Shown here: piece after piece, positions 41,410 to 53,774 of the stretch
Position numbering within the stretch: position 1 is the first letter of the stretch
How the letters are laid out: the number at the start of each line of letters is the position of its first letter
Origin: Octopus vulgaris
Lineage: Eukaryota
NCBI GenBank assembly: GCA_951406725.2
Contig: OX597835.1
Span: 39,866,001 to 39,930,000, forward strand
Direction of reading: 5' to 3'
Length of the DNA stretch: 64,000 bases
Notes under the pieces: generated by a model
Seen by the model: only the letters and a program-made list of their open reading frames with translations
What the model was told of the DNA's origin: nothing
Database searches by the model: none
Translations under genes and position numbers: made by a program

Positions 41410-42120
41410 GGCGCAGGAGCGGCTGTGTGGTAAAAAGCTTGCTTCCCAAAAACGTGGTTCCGGGTTCAGTCCTACTGCGTGGCACCTGGGCAAGTGTTTT
41501 TTACTATAGTCTTGGGCCGACTAAAGTCTTGTCAGTAGATTTCATTGACGGAAACTAAAAGAAGCCCAACAATTTGACCTCTTGGAAAGTCTGATAGATC
41601 TGTCATTTTAATGAATTTTAATTACCTTTTTCTGATGATATCTGAAAAGAAATAGCAATTTTAGCAAAACATTAAGCAAAACTAATAATAAATAAAAAGA
41701 AATATAAAAATAAACAAGCTTTTGACGGTTTTATAGATATTTCAAAATTATGATGCTTTGATGCTAGGTGTTTCCATTATTTTGTCCAAGCCCTGTATAT
41801 ATGTACGACGGGCTTCTTTCAGTTTCCATCTACCAAATCTACTCACAAGGCTTTGGTCGGTCCGTGGCTATAGTAGAAGACACCTTGCCCAAGTTGCCAC
41901 GCAGTGGGACTGAACCCGAAACCATGTGGCTGGTAAACAAGCTTCTTAGCACAAATTACTTCTTTCAAAGTTGTTATTCACACATTCACTTGTTTAGGTT
42001 GAACTGCGATGAAATGTTAGAGAAAAAAAACCTAGCTGTTTCTTGCAATACATTTACATCTAAACTTTTTATTGACCTTTCAAATACTACTGCGGATCGC
42101 CAATTTACTATTTTGCTACA

Positions 42121-42431
42121 GTGGACTCCCAAAAATCTTATACTCTTCCAGGAGTCACATGGATCCAGGTTGGGAGTCACAAGTCTAAACTTTTCTTGTT
42201 TATGCATCATGCGTCCACCTTCTTGTCTCCCAAAAATATTTGTCTCCCAAAAATATTTGTCTCCCAAAAATATTTGTTTAAAAATATCACCCAAAAATAT
42301 TTGTTGTCTCCCAAAAATATTTGTTGACTCCCCAAAAATTTATATGTTCTTCCTGGAGTCATATGAACCCGGTTGAGAGTCACAGGTCTAAACTCTTCTT
42401 GTTTATGCATTATGCGTCCACCTTGTTGTCC
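42121..42431. repeat. Diverged ~108-bp direct repeat flanking a ~17-bp minisatellite (TCTCCCAAAAATATTTG)
   Basis: Copies at 42121-42230 and 42323-42431, with about five imperfect 17-mers between. Confidence 0.85.
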
Positions 42432-42725
42432 TACTCACAACTTAGTATTATTAGATCAACCTTTCTCTGTGTTTGTCAGCTGGTAAAGAGGCCATCGGGT
42501 ATATTCTTTCATATTCTCCACCGCCCTTCACCTCCGCTCTTTTCTTCATTCTGTCTCTTTCCCAGCTGTCACTAAATGTCCAACGCTTTGTCTTCTCACA
42601 ACATGATGGCTAGGGAGCTCAACCTGGCTTTTGTTTCGTTTTCAATAACTTTTCTTATATAATAACCATATTATATATTATCATTGTGTTATTTTATAAC
42701 TTTTCTCATAACTTTGACATTGATA

Positions 42726-43129
42726 CTCTTTTACTCTTTTCCTTGTTTCAGTCATTTGACGGCGGCCATGCTGGAGCACCGCCTTTAGTCGAGCAACTCA
42801 ACCCCGGAACTTATTCTTTTGTAAGCCCAGTACTTATTCTATCGGTCTTTTTTGCCGAATCGCTAAGTAACGGGGACATAAACACACCAGCATCGGTTGT
42901 CAAGCAATGCTAGGGGGACAAACACAGACACGTAAACACACACACGCATATATATATACATATATACGACGGGCTTCTTTCAGTTTCCGTCTACCAAATC
43001 CACTCAGTAGGCTTTGGTCGGCCCGAGGCTATAGTAGAAGACACTTGCCCAAGGTGCCACGCAGTAGGACTGAACCCGGAACCATGTGGTTGGTAAACAA
43101 GCTACTTACCACACAGCCACTCCTGCGCC
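42726..43129 (-). mobile_element. Full-length SINE family A
   Basis: Complete head-to-tail match. Confidence 0.9.
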
Positions 43130-43850
43130 TGATAATTATATTCTCTTTTACTGGTTTCGATCACTGGACAGCAGCCATGTTGGTGCACCGTCTTCGAAGG
43201 CTTTTAGTCAATTATGTTGAACTCTAGTACTTGTGCTTTTTCTGTTATTTTTCTTGATGTTGTTGTTCATATCACTATTATTGTTGTTGTTGATGTTTTT
43301 GTTGACGTTGTTCAATCTCAGGTCAGCCTTGATGGAGCAAACCTATTATCAACTGTATTCCACATTCCAACAGTGACCACCCTGTTTTTTCTTTATGTAA
43401 AAGGAACTCTGGAATACATTATCTAGCGTGTTTTTTTCTATGACATTAAGACCGTGATATGAGAAGGATTTGGCTGCTATTTCTATTAAGTCCAGCAGCT
43501 ACGTAATAGTTTCCTCGTTGGATCGATCTAGGTAGATATTTCAGTCTTTTAACGTATTATACCGGTCTCTGTTTGCCGATCCGCTTAGGTACGGGACACA
43601 AATCGTCAAACATAAACATAGAAACTCATATATGGATGTGTGCGTGTATGTGTATGTATGTGTGTGTGTATGAGCACACACAGACAAACATATATGAAAA
43701 CTCGTATATGATATGTGTATGTGTGTGCATGTATATATATATATGTATGTATGTATATATGTATGTATGTATGTATGCATACAAACATGCACATACACAT
43801 ATATGTACATATGTACGTACATACTTATTCATAGATAGATAGATAGATAT

Positions 43851-43919
<69 letters not shown>

Positions 43920-44003
43920 AAGAAAATGTGTATATGTGTATGTGAGTGTATGTTTGTACGCATGCATGTATGTATATAAACAACACCATTCTTTCGTCTA
44001 CCA

Positions 44004-44263
44004 TAGGGGTTCTCAAATGGGGTCCACATGGCCCTTGGGGTCCATGAGAGATTTTGCTGTTAAAAATCATGCCCAATAAATCGTTCATGCTTCTACAATA
44101 CACAAAATATCTTAATAATTCTTATATACAATTCTTAACATTATTTAACTATAAAAATATAATGGGATTTAAAAAAAGAAAATTCAAATGGCCATTGGAT
44201 TTCAGTAGAGTAAAACAGGAATCAAAGAGATCCAAAGGAGAAAAAAATGGTGGAGAACCACTT
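44004..44263. mobile_element. hAT (Charlie-like) MITE
   Basis: Imperfect TIRs TAGGGGTTCTCAA / TGGAGAACCACTT; 8-bp TSD GTCTACCA / GTCTAACA. Confidence 0.7.
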
Positions 44264-45091
44264 GTCTAACAATTCCAATCGGTAGTCAACGCGAGGCTAC
44301 AGTAGAAAATGTGTAACGGGATCGAAACTAAAATTACGACGAATGGAAAGAAACTCCTTTAACCACGCATCTATACACCTAATGGAAACTGAAAGAAAAG
44401 AGAGAGCGGGACAGAGGCAGAAAGAAAGAGACAGAGAGAGCGAGGCAGAGACAGAGAGAGCGAGGCAGAGACACAGTGAGCGGGAGACAGTCAAAGAGAA
44501 GCACACAGAGAGAGTGGGGGGGGGGGGAATACAGAGAGAAAAATTCACAGCCGTTGTTTCTTTTGACGCTGCTTACAATAACTTCGACATTTTTTCCCAC
44601 AAATGGTTCAAATGAAAACATTATTTGAAAAGAACTCAAACAAGACAGGTAGGAATCATACACACGAACCGAAGAAAAGAAACTTTACAATTCTATTATT
44701 GCCGTTTGGGAAAAAACTAGTTGATATTAACAATAATACGCCGTTCGTTGTATTTACGACGTAGACATGACTTCGTTTAATCACCAAACTTCCGCCATCA
44801 GGAAAATATGATTTGCAGTGAAAAGTCAGTTGTCATTATGGACCAGTGTTTTGTTGATCAATTAATGACCAATTTTAATTTGAAAGAACAATGTAGTCTA
44901 TAATGATCAACGTTATTATTTTTTTTTTTACTAATTTAGTTAGTGTTATTTATATTTTTGTCTTTATTTCTATTCTGTTTTTTTATCTGTTTATTTGATT
45001 ATTTATTTATATATTTTTGTTTACTGTACTGAATTCAAGTTTTCATTTCCTATTGTCTCTTTAACAGTTTCATGATCGATGCTAACTCTCC

Positions 45092-45139
<48 letters not shown>

Positions 45140-45672
45140 ATTTATTTATTTATTTCTCTCTTTCACTATTGCTCCCCCTTTTCAATTACTCTCTGAACAT
45201 GCACTCACATACATATATACTTGTATGCAAACATACGTGTACATACATATCTATATTCATACATGTGTACACACACGCACGCACACACAAACACGCGCGC
45301 GCGCGCGCATACACACATACGTATGGATAAGATAGCACGAGGGTGAAAGATATCAGGCTTGAAGAGAAGATTGTTACATCTGTCTCTGCACTGCACACCA
45401 TAATGGAAGAATATCCTTTCTAATTCTTTTACAGTTGGATACTCTGCAGTTGTTCAATAACTAGAAAGAATGTTCTTCTAACATAGTTTTTGAATATAAA
45501 CTCAACAACTTGAATATGTGTAGGAGCGGCTGTGTGGTAAGAAGCTTGCTTCCCAACCACATAGTTCCGGGTTCAGTCCCACTGCGTGGTATCTTTGGCG
45601 AGTGTCTTTATCCTCGGGCGGACCAAATCTTTGTCAGTAAATTTGATAGACGGAAGCAGAAAGAAGCCCGTC

Positions 45673-45723
<51 letters not shown>

Positions 45724-45746
45724 TACATATATATATATTTATATAT

Positions 45747-45816
<70 letters not shown>

Positions 45817-45844
45817 GAGAAAGAAGCAACAAGAATGGATTAGT

Positions 45845-45935
45845 TTTTAGTACAATTGTTTCATACAAAGACAGGCTTTATTAAAAGTTGCAAATATTGC
45901 AGCAGATAAAAGTGTCCCGTACTCATCAGCTAAAA
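45845..45935 (-). ncRNA. Type I hammerhead ribozyme motif (mirror copy)
   Basis: Reverse complement of 46466-46556 with one stem II difference. Confidence 0.85.
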
Positions 45936-46465
45936 CACATATGAGTTCTCCAAACATCTTAGTGGGTGAGGCTACACTCATGAATTATCGGAGATAATTT
46001 CATAAAAAGCAAATTCAGGTTGTAAACAGACTTCCAAAGTTCTTTAATGATGATGCACAGTCATATCACAGGTTTTAAAAAAGCTTATTAGCTTCACAGA
46101 GAAGGTGAATCAATCCATAGTGTAGGTGCAAATTTCCAGAGATATGAGGAGGTATTTCATACTCACAGACGATGAATCTATCCATGGTTAATCCACAATG
46201 AGGTGAGTATAATTTCATGCTATATGATAATATACTTGTCACACTACTGTTCTCTTCACAAAACTGCTATGTTAGAATTTCTAAAGGCTGATTCACCTTC
46301 TCTGTGAAGCTAATAAGCTTTTTTAAAACCTGTGATAAGACTGTACATCATCATTAAAGAACTTTGGAAGTCTGTTTACAACCTGAATTTGCTTTTTATG
46401 AAATTATCTCCGATAATTCATGAGTGTAGCCTCACCCACTAAGATGTTTGGAGAACTCATATGTG

Positions 46466-46556
46466 TTTTAGCTGATGAGTACGGGACACTTTTATCTGCT
46501 GCAATATTTGCAACTTTTAATAAAGACTGTCTTTGTATGAAACAATTGTACTAAAA
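46466..46556 (+). ncRNA. Type I hammerhead ribozyme motif with long stem II and palindromic stem III
   Basis: ttttag-CTGATGA-gtacgggaca...tgtctttgtat-GAAAC aatt GTA-ctaaaa; 6-bp stem I and a fully canonical core. Confidence 0.85.
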
Positions 46557-46700
46557 ACTAATCCATTCTTGTTGCTTCTTTCTCGTTTATAATCACCCCA
46601 CATTATTGTATGGTTAACACCATATATTTTTCTGGTGCATCTAAGTTAAGTACCGCATTCAAGTGAATTCATTAGAACTGACTTGAATCTTAATTGCTTT

Positions 46701-46740
<40 letters not shown>

Positions 46741-46742
<2 letters not shown>

Positions 46743-47955
46743 ACTGAGGTACCCGATAATTCCCGGAAAAGCGGGGCTTATCCTCGGGTCCCGTTCTCAT
46801 ATTTGTTTCGCTAATCCAATAGCAATAATACAAAGTATGTTGCCCTTAAAGCGGTTTTTCTGCATTTACAGAGGATACTGAGCCGTCTTACAAAGGATCT
46901 TGTTTTTAGGAAATCCCAATAAGTTATGACTACCAAAATCGTGAAGTCTGTTACGTTGATAACATGCAAATTAGTTACCCGATAGCAACAATTCAAATAA
47001 AGTAGCCTTGAAAAGGCTTTCATGCGTTCCCAGAGTATGTAGAACTTAGGAGGAAATACCAATAAGGTACGTACACTAAAATCGTGAAGCATGTTACGTA
47101 ATAACAGGCTAATCAGATATGAGATAATAACAATTCAAAGTAACTCTGAAAGTTCTTCAGGCAGCGCCTGCCAATTGGCTGGAATGACATGAAAGACATC
47201 GTCATTCATGGTACATTTGTGAATAAGTCACTAACCGAAATAAGTGGATTTTTTGTTGAGGAAAATACTATTTACTTGTTTAAGGGTTGTTCTGGGTAAA
47301 GCGTGAAAATAATCCTAACAGTTCAAATACTAAGAATTAAACATACTCGACTTGATTTATACCAAATAAAATGTAATATATTGAAAATTTTTTGCACGAT
47401 TGCCATGGTGTAAAATTTGCAAACAAATTGTAGCATTGATATCTTCATAGCCCATGGTGAGATTTTACTCAGATTTGTTTCAAATGAAAGATCTTAGATA
47501 GTTCTATGAAATGCCATTAAATTTATATATTAACTTAGGACATGGTTTAGATTGATAGTATCACTGACCTTGTCTGACAACTTCTTGTATGTAAGTCTAC
47601 GTAATGTAGAACGCACACGTATTTATACAACGTTTCCACTGACAACCGGTCACTAATGATATTGCTTCTCTAACAAATGGAGGGAGAAATGACCAGTGGG
47701 CAAAAGAGAAAAATAAAGAAAAATGAATGGGTTATTTCCTCTTGGTCGTTAAAGCGAAAAAGGTGGGTTATATCTGGACCCCTTCTAGTGGTCCTAGCCG
47801 TCCAATTTTGGATTTTTATTAAACTGTAATGAGCCTTGTAACAAACTGGATGTTGGTTTAACATGTATACAAAGTTTCATGAAGATTCGTTAATGAGTGT
47901 TGACGGCAACTTGACACAGAGAAACAGACAACCAAACAGACAGCCGTGTATATAT
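46741..47955 (+). mobile_element. Probable longer helitron-like (Lep1-type) element with an internal diverged tandem duplication
   Basis: 3' end AAAGTTTCATGAAGATTCG...ACAGACAACCAAACAGACAGCCGTGTATATA parallels 19545-19640; internal repeats at ~46932-47018 and ~47075-47156. Confidence 0.4.
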
Positions 47956-47956
47956 G

Positions 47957-47995
<39 letters not shown>

Positions 47996-48029
47996 ATGTA
48001 TATATATATATATCTTTTTTTTTTTTTTT

Positions 48030-48307
48030 TTTATTTGTTTCAGTCATTTGACTGTGGCCATGCTGGAGCACCGCCTTTAGTCGAGCAAATCGACCCCAGG
48101 ACTTATTCTTTGTAAGCCTAGTACTTATTCTATCGGTCTCTTTTGCCGAACCGCTAAGTTACGGGACGTAAACACACCAGCATCGGTTGTCAAGCGATGT
48201 TGGGGAGACAAACACTGACACATAAACATACATACATAGATACATATATATATATATACGACAGGCTTCTTTCAGTTTCCGTCTACCAAATCCACTCACA
48301 AGGCTTT
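48030..48307 (-). mobile_element. SINE family A, 3' two-thirds
   Basis: Sequence match; a diverged plus-strand tail follows at 48435-48605. Confidence 0.88.
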
Positions 48308-48317
48308 ATATATAAAA

Positions 48318-48373
<56 letters not shown>

Positions 48374-48917
48374 TGTATATATTGTATATATACGTGTGTG
48401 TGTGTGTGCTTGATCTTGTGGTTGTACTTGGCCCTCAACACCGCTTGACAATCGTGGTGGTTTGTTTATGTCTCCGTAAACTAGCAGTTCGTCAAATAAA
48501 TACCTCACTTCAGAAACACACAAGCATTGGGATCGATTTATCGACCAAACCCTTCAAGGAGGGTCCCCAGCTTAGTCGCAGTCTAATGACAGATACAAGT
48601 AAAAGATGTATGTATGTATGTATGTATGTATGTATGTATGTATGTATCTATGTATGTATCTATGTATATATGTATGTATGTATTTATGTATGTATGTATC
48701 TATGTATGTATCTATGTATGTATGTATATATGTATGTATGTATGTATGCATGTATATATACATGTATGTATGTGTGTATGTAAGCATGTATGTATGTATA
48801 TATGTATCCATGCATGTATGTAAGTATGCATGTATGCATGCATGCATGTATGTATGTATGTATGTATGTATGTATGTATGTATGTATGTATGTATGTATG
48901 TATGTATGCAGCATGCA

Positions 48918-48948
<31 letters not shown>

Positions 48949-49753
48949 GCGCGTATGTACGTTTACGTGTATGCATGTACGCATGTATGTATTTATGTAT
49001 GTTCCGACAGACTTATGGGATGATCAGGACCAAACCTTTGCGCGATCAATTCTTACCTAGGGCGAAACAACAACGGCAGTAACAACAATAGCTACAGCAT
49101 CAACGCCCATATCTTCTACAACAACAACAACAACAACCGTATCATGAGCAGCAGCAGCAGCAGCAGCGTCGGCAGCAGCGGCAGACGTGTTAATGATGGT
49201 GGTGTCGGTGGAAACTGCTTAGTCGGCCCAGCAAGGAAAGTAAGTGACAAGCTTGGGTGGCAGGGAGTGAAACGGGGGGGCAGCCGACTTCAGAGGGAAA
49301 TCCTAGTGCTGGGTCTGTCATGGCGCACGGAATTGGCGCCATTACAATTTAGCTTCAAGCGTATCACCTTACCTGATATGTTTCGACTTTGAAAGCTACG
49401 TCGGCAGAGAGGCGGAGCTAATATTTCGCCGTTACTGATTCGAAACAGCACAACTAAACTACCACCACACCCACCACCACCACCACCACCGCCGTCGCCG
49501 CCGCCGCCACTGTCAACAATAACAATAACAATAACGGTAATGATATCGCCACCATTGCCATCACCATTACGCATATAACAACCATCGCAACCATCATCAT
49601 TACCACCATTGTAAACATCACCATCAACGCCACCACCACCATCACCGTCATTATCACCTACATCGCCACCACCACCACCTTCTGTGAAGCAGATTCTACG
49701 CTGTCAACCAGCCAGCAAGAAATAGCAGCCAAATTTCTCTCAAAACACATCCT

Positions 49754-50175
49754 GGATCTTTTCGGTTTGAACGGCAGTTTTTAACATAATTTCTAGGTAA
49801 CTAAAAATTTTAATCTTCGTATACTGGTAGAATGTGTTTATAAAACACCTTTTTCTCTTGGCTTTATTGAGAAAATTCTATAGTTTGTAAGATATTTGAT
49901 GGGTTTTTTTCTTCAATTTCTGCAATTTCAACCAATCAATGACGTCTATTGAGGTGAAAACATTCTGTGTCGTATGAATATATCCCTCGTTTAAGAAACG
50001 GATTGGGTTTATTTACATTTGCGAAGAAAAAAAGATACCCTTCCCCCCATCCCTAACCCTAACCCTAACCCTAAAACAGATTGAAACGCAATAGATCGAT
50101 ACTAGGGTCATAATTATGGGTGACAATTTCATATGACACCGCTAGAAAAAACTGCCGTTCAAACCGTAAAGCTCT
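49754..50175. mobile_element. MITE with GG-starting TIRs and 8-bp TSD, containing (CCCTAA)4
   Basis: TIR GGATCTTTTCGGTTTGAACGGCAGTTTTT; TSD CACATCCT at 49746-49753 and 50176-50183; telomere-type repeat at 50051-50074. Confidence 0.85.
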
Positions 50176-50557
50176 CACATCCTATTTTCTGAAAAACGGG
50201 AAGTATATTTTTTGGATAATGTAAGTAAATGTACTCGACTTTAAATAAGATGGGACTGTCACGGCTGGGACGCATTTGATCAGAGGCCTACTCGATCAGT
50301 TAAGACTGCTCATATGTATTGGAACATTGAAGTGAAGTATTAGACTTTAAAAAAAATATTACATTTACAGGACAGACGCGGCAACTAAGTCTCAAAATGT
50401 AATTTCGTAAGAAACTTCTTTGGAAATTAATCTTTCGTCTGCTCGAGAAATCTGTCCTATGCTGGAGCGGAATTTTTTAAACCTCTCGGCTATCGAAGGT
50501 CCAAAAAAATTTCCGAGTTAATGGCAAAGGAAATTATCCCGGAAATTTTAAATATTT

Positions 50558-50864
50558 GGATCTTTTCGGTTTGAACGGCAGTTTTTAACATAATTTCTAG
50601 GTAACTAAAAATTTTTAAACTTCGTATACTTGTAGAATGTGTTTATAAAACATCTTTTTCTCTTGGCTTTATTGAGAAAATTCTATAATTTGTAAGATAT
50701 TTGTTTTGGTTTTTTTTTTTCAATTTCTGCAATTTCAACCAATCACTGATGTCTATTGAGGTAAAAAAAAACATATGCAATAGATCGATACTAGGGTCAT
50801 AATTATGGGTGACAATTTCATATGACACAGCTAGAAAAAACTGCCGTTCAAACCGAAAAGATCC
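50558..50864. mobile_element. Second, internally deleted copy of the same MITE
   Basis: Perfect 29-bp TIRs; TSD AAATATTT at 50550-50557 and 50865-50872. Confidence 0.88.
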
Positions 50865-51014
50865 AAATATTTTTCTAAGTAAAACCCTCCAAGTCGGTAC
50901 CCCAGCATGGCCACAGTTGGAAGGCTGAAACATGTTTACGTATATACATATGCATTTTTGGGCACAGGACCTCACAAAACACAAACGACAAATAATACGA
51001 AATACGAGGACATA

Positions 51015-51422
51015 GGCGTAGGAGTGGCTGTGTGGTAAGTAGCTTGCTTACGAACCACATGGTTCCGGGTTCAGTTCCACTGCGTGGCACCTTGGGCAAG
51101 TGTCTTCTACTATAGCCTCGGGCCGACCAAAGCCTTGTGAGTGGATTTGGTAGACGGAAACTGAAAGAAGCCCGTCGCATATATGTATATATATATATAT
51201 GTATGTGCGTGTCTGTGTGTCTGTGTTTGTCCCCCCAACATCGCTTGACAACCGATGCTGGTGTGTTTACGTCCCCGTAACTTAGCGGTTCGGCAAAAAA
51301 GAGACCGATAAAATAAGTACTAGACTTACAAAGAATAAGTCCTGGGGTCGATTTGATCGACTAAAGGCGGTGCTCCAGCATGGCCACAATCACATGACTA
51401 AAACAAGTAAAAGATTAAAGAG
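51015..51422 (+). mobile_element. Full-length SINE family A
   Basis: Complete match. Confidence 0.9.
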
Positions 51423-52000
51423 AAAATATCTTGTCTCCAAATCTTTTCCTCTTCCCTTCACTATTCTCTGTCTGTCACTCTCTCTCCCTCACTCTTCCTC
51501 CTTTGCTCACGTGGCCCCTATTCTCCTAACTCGTGTCTTTCTTTCTTCCTGCTTCAGCTCAACAGTGAGGACGTACTGTTCACTATCTCCTGTCCAAGCT
51601 TGTTTCTTCGCGTCCGCCACCACAACCTAGATGAGGTTTAGCAGCCCTTCCTGTTTGTTTTCACTGTCCTGTTTTTGTCACCATCTTGACCCTCCGCAAG
51701 ATCGCAAATTTTATTCAAGTTGTTTTGCGGGAGCAACTGTTTTATCAAAGGCGTATCTAGTTGTGAATTGCTCGAAATACGGACGAGAAAAACAGCCGAC
51801 AACTGATGAAGGGTCGTTCCTTGTGTTGCTTGTCTTGCTTTCCATTTGTTTCTTTCGTTTCTTGAAAAAAGCCCTCATTCCATGCCCCCGTTCTTCGTAT
51901 TATTTGTTGTTTACGTTTTGCCTTTATTTTGTTTTGACGTCCTGTGCCCATGTATATACGTAGCCATGTATATACGTAAACATGTATGTACGTATACGTA

Positions 52001-52390
52001 GGCGCAGGAGTGGCTGTGAGGTTTAGTAGCTTGCTTACCAACCACATGGTTCTGGGTTCAGTCCACTGCGTGGCACCTTGGGCAAGTGTCTTCTACTATA
52101 GCCTCAGGCCGACCAAAGCCTTGTGAGTGGATTTGGTAGACGGAAACTGAAAGAAGCCCGTCGTATATATGTATATATATATGTGTGTGTCTGTGTTTGT
52201 GCTCTCAACATCGCTTGACAACCGATGCCGGTGTGTTTACGTCCCCGTAACTTAGCGATTCGGCAAAAGCGATCGATAGAATAAGTACTAGACTCACAAA
52301 GAATAAGTCTTGGGGTCGATTTGATCGAGTAAAGGCGGTGCTCCAGCATGGCCGCAGTCAAATGACTGAAACAAGTAAAAGAGTAAAAGA
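52001..52390 (+). mobile_element. Full-length SINE family A
   Basis: Complete match. Confidence 0.9.
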
Positions 52391-52778
52391 GAGAGCGAGT
52401 AAGAGTATGCATGTTTGGAGTCGCTGGTATGTAATTGTATTTCTGTATTTGTTTTTTTCTGTACTGTGTTAAAACATCAGGATGTTGGGGAGTGTCAATT
52501 TAAAAAATATGAAATATGAAATATGAAATATGAAATATATCAAATTATTTGGCACGTCTCTGTAACTTTGATGGAATTTTTTTAATTTTTGTAATATTTT
52601 CGTGCTATTTTAGTACGCCCTTTTAATGTTTTATCATATCAAATTTTTATTACACCATTGTATTATAACTTTTAAATCTAAAATTCCCCGTGTTTTATAT
52701 ATTAATATTTATATATTTATATGTATTTTTATATTTATATATTTGGAATTTTCATATCCGTTTTATAAATGTAGAGGA

Positions 52779-52839
<61 letters not shown>

Positions 52840-53006
52840 TTTTGAGTGTGGTAATTATGTTCCCCTAGTTTCCGCTTGCATTACCTCCATTCAGATTATT
52901 AAGTGGAATATAGGTCGTCTGTATTTTAGTTGCGAGTATTGTTAACATAAGCAATCTCAAAATAAAGCAGTGTATTTTATATTTTGTACGTATACGTAAG
53001 TATATA

Positions 53007-53080
<74 letters not shown>

Positions 53081-53253
53081 TATAATTGAACGTCACGCAT
53101 ACTTTTCCAAGTAAGTTTTTTTATATATATCTTGCAAACAACTTGCACATGCAAGTGCTACCAGTTATATATAAGTTATATATAAGAATCTTTTGTGTAA
53201 TACGATAAAAAAAACCAAGGCTTTATAGATATTAGAGCAATTTTAGATAGAAG

Positions 53254-53305
53254 GTCTTACAGCTGTTTCAAGGATATTAATTAATAATATCCCTTCATCG
53301 GAGAC
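53254..53305 (-). ncRNA. Type I hammerhead ribozyme motif (U4C variant)
   Basis: gtct-CCGATGA-agggatatt attaatt aatatcctt-GAAAC agct GTA-agac; all three stems pair. Confidence 0.75.
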
Positions 53306-53526
53306 GGTGTGAGAGGAAAATTAAGTCATAGTTAGTGTGATACAAAAAAGAGAGTGAGGTGGAGGAAAGAAAATTGATGAAAGATATGTATGGGTATAGA
53401 AGTTGTAAATCCGTTTTATAGGCATAATGGTATATATGCAATATTGCAATAACCTTTCAATAAACTCTGTTGAACTTTTGGATTTTACTCAAAGGATATT
53501 ATATATATACATATATACATATATAC

Positions 53527-53574
<48 letters not shown>

Positions 53575-53774
53575 ATATATGTATACATATATATATGTGC
53601 AAATCTATAATTTATAATTTATAATTCATAGCTATTTAATGGTATTGCGCCTGCGACCCACCTATGTCACTGCTGGTGATATCATCAATTTTAAAATTTA
53701 TCCACAGATGATATGAACAGTAGTGACATCTGATTTCAGATCTCGGTGTTTGAATGTTTTGCTCATATATATAT

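Larger units (their letters stand above)
45816..46703 (+). mobile_element. Foldback element: 297-bp inverted repeats, 176-bp spacer, ~118-bp one-sided tail, in (TA)n; inverted PLE pseudo-LTR architecture
   Basis: Arms 45816-46112 / 46289-46585 with only about three mismatches by eye; each arm contains a hammerhead. Confidence 0.9.

Noticed and set aside
42225-42325. CRISPR-like short repeats
   Set aside because: Tandem units without unique spacers, eukaryotic context, no cas genes.
50051-50074. Chromosome telomere
   Set aside because: Only four units, internal to a MITE.
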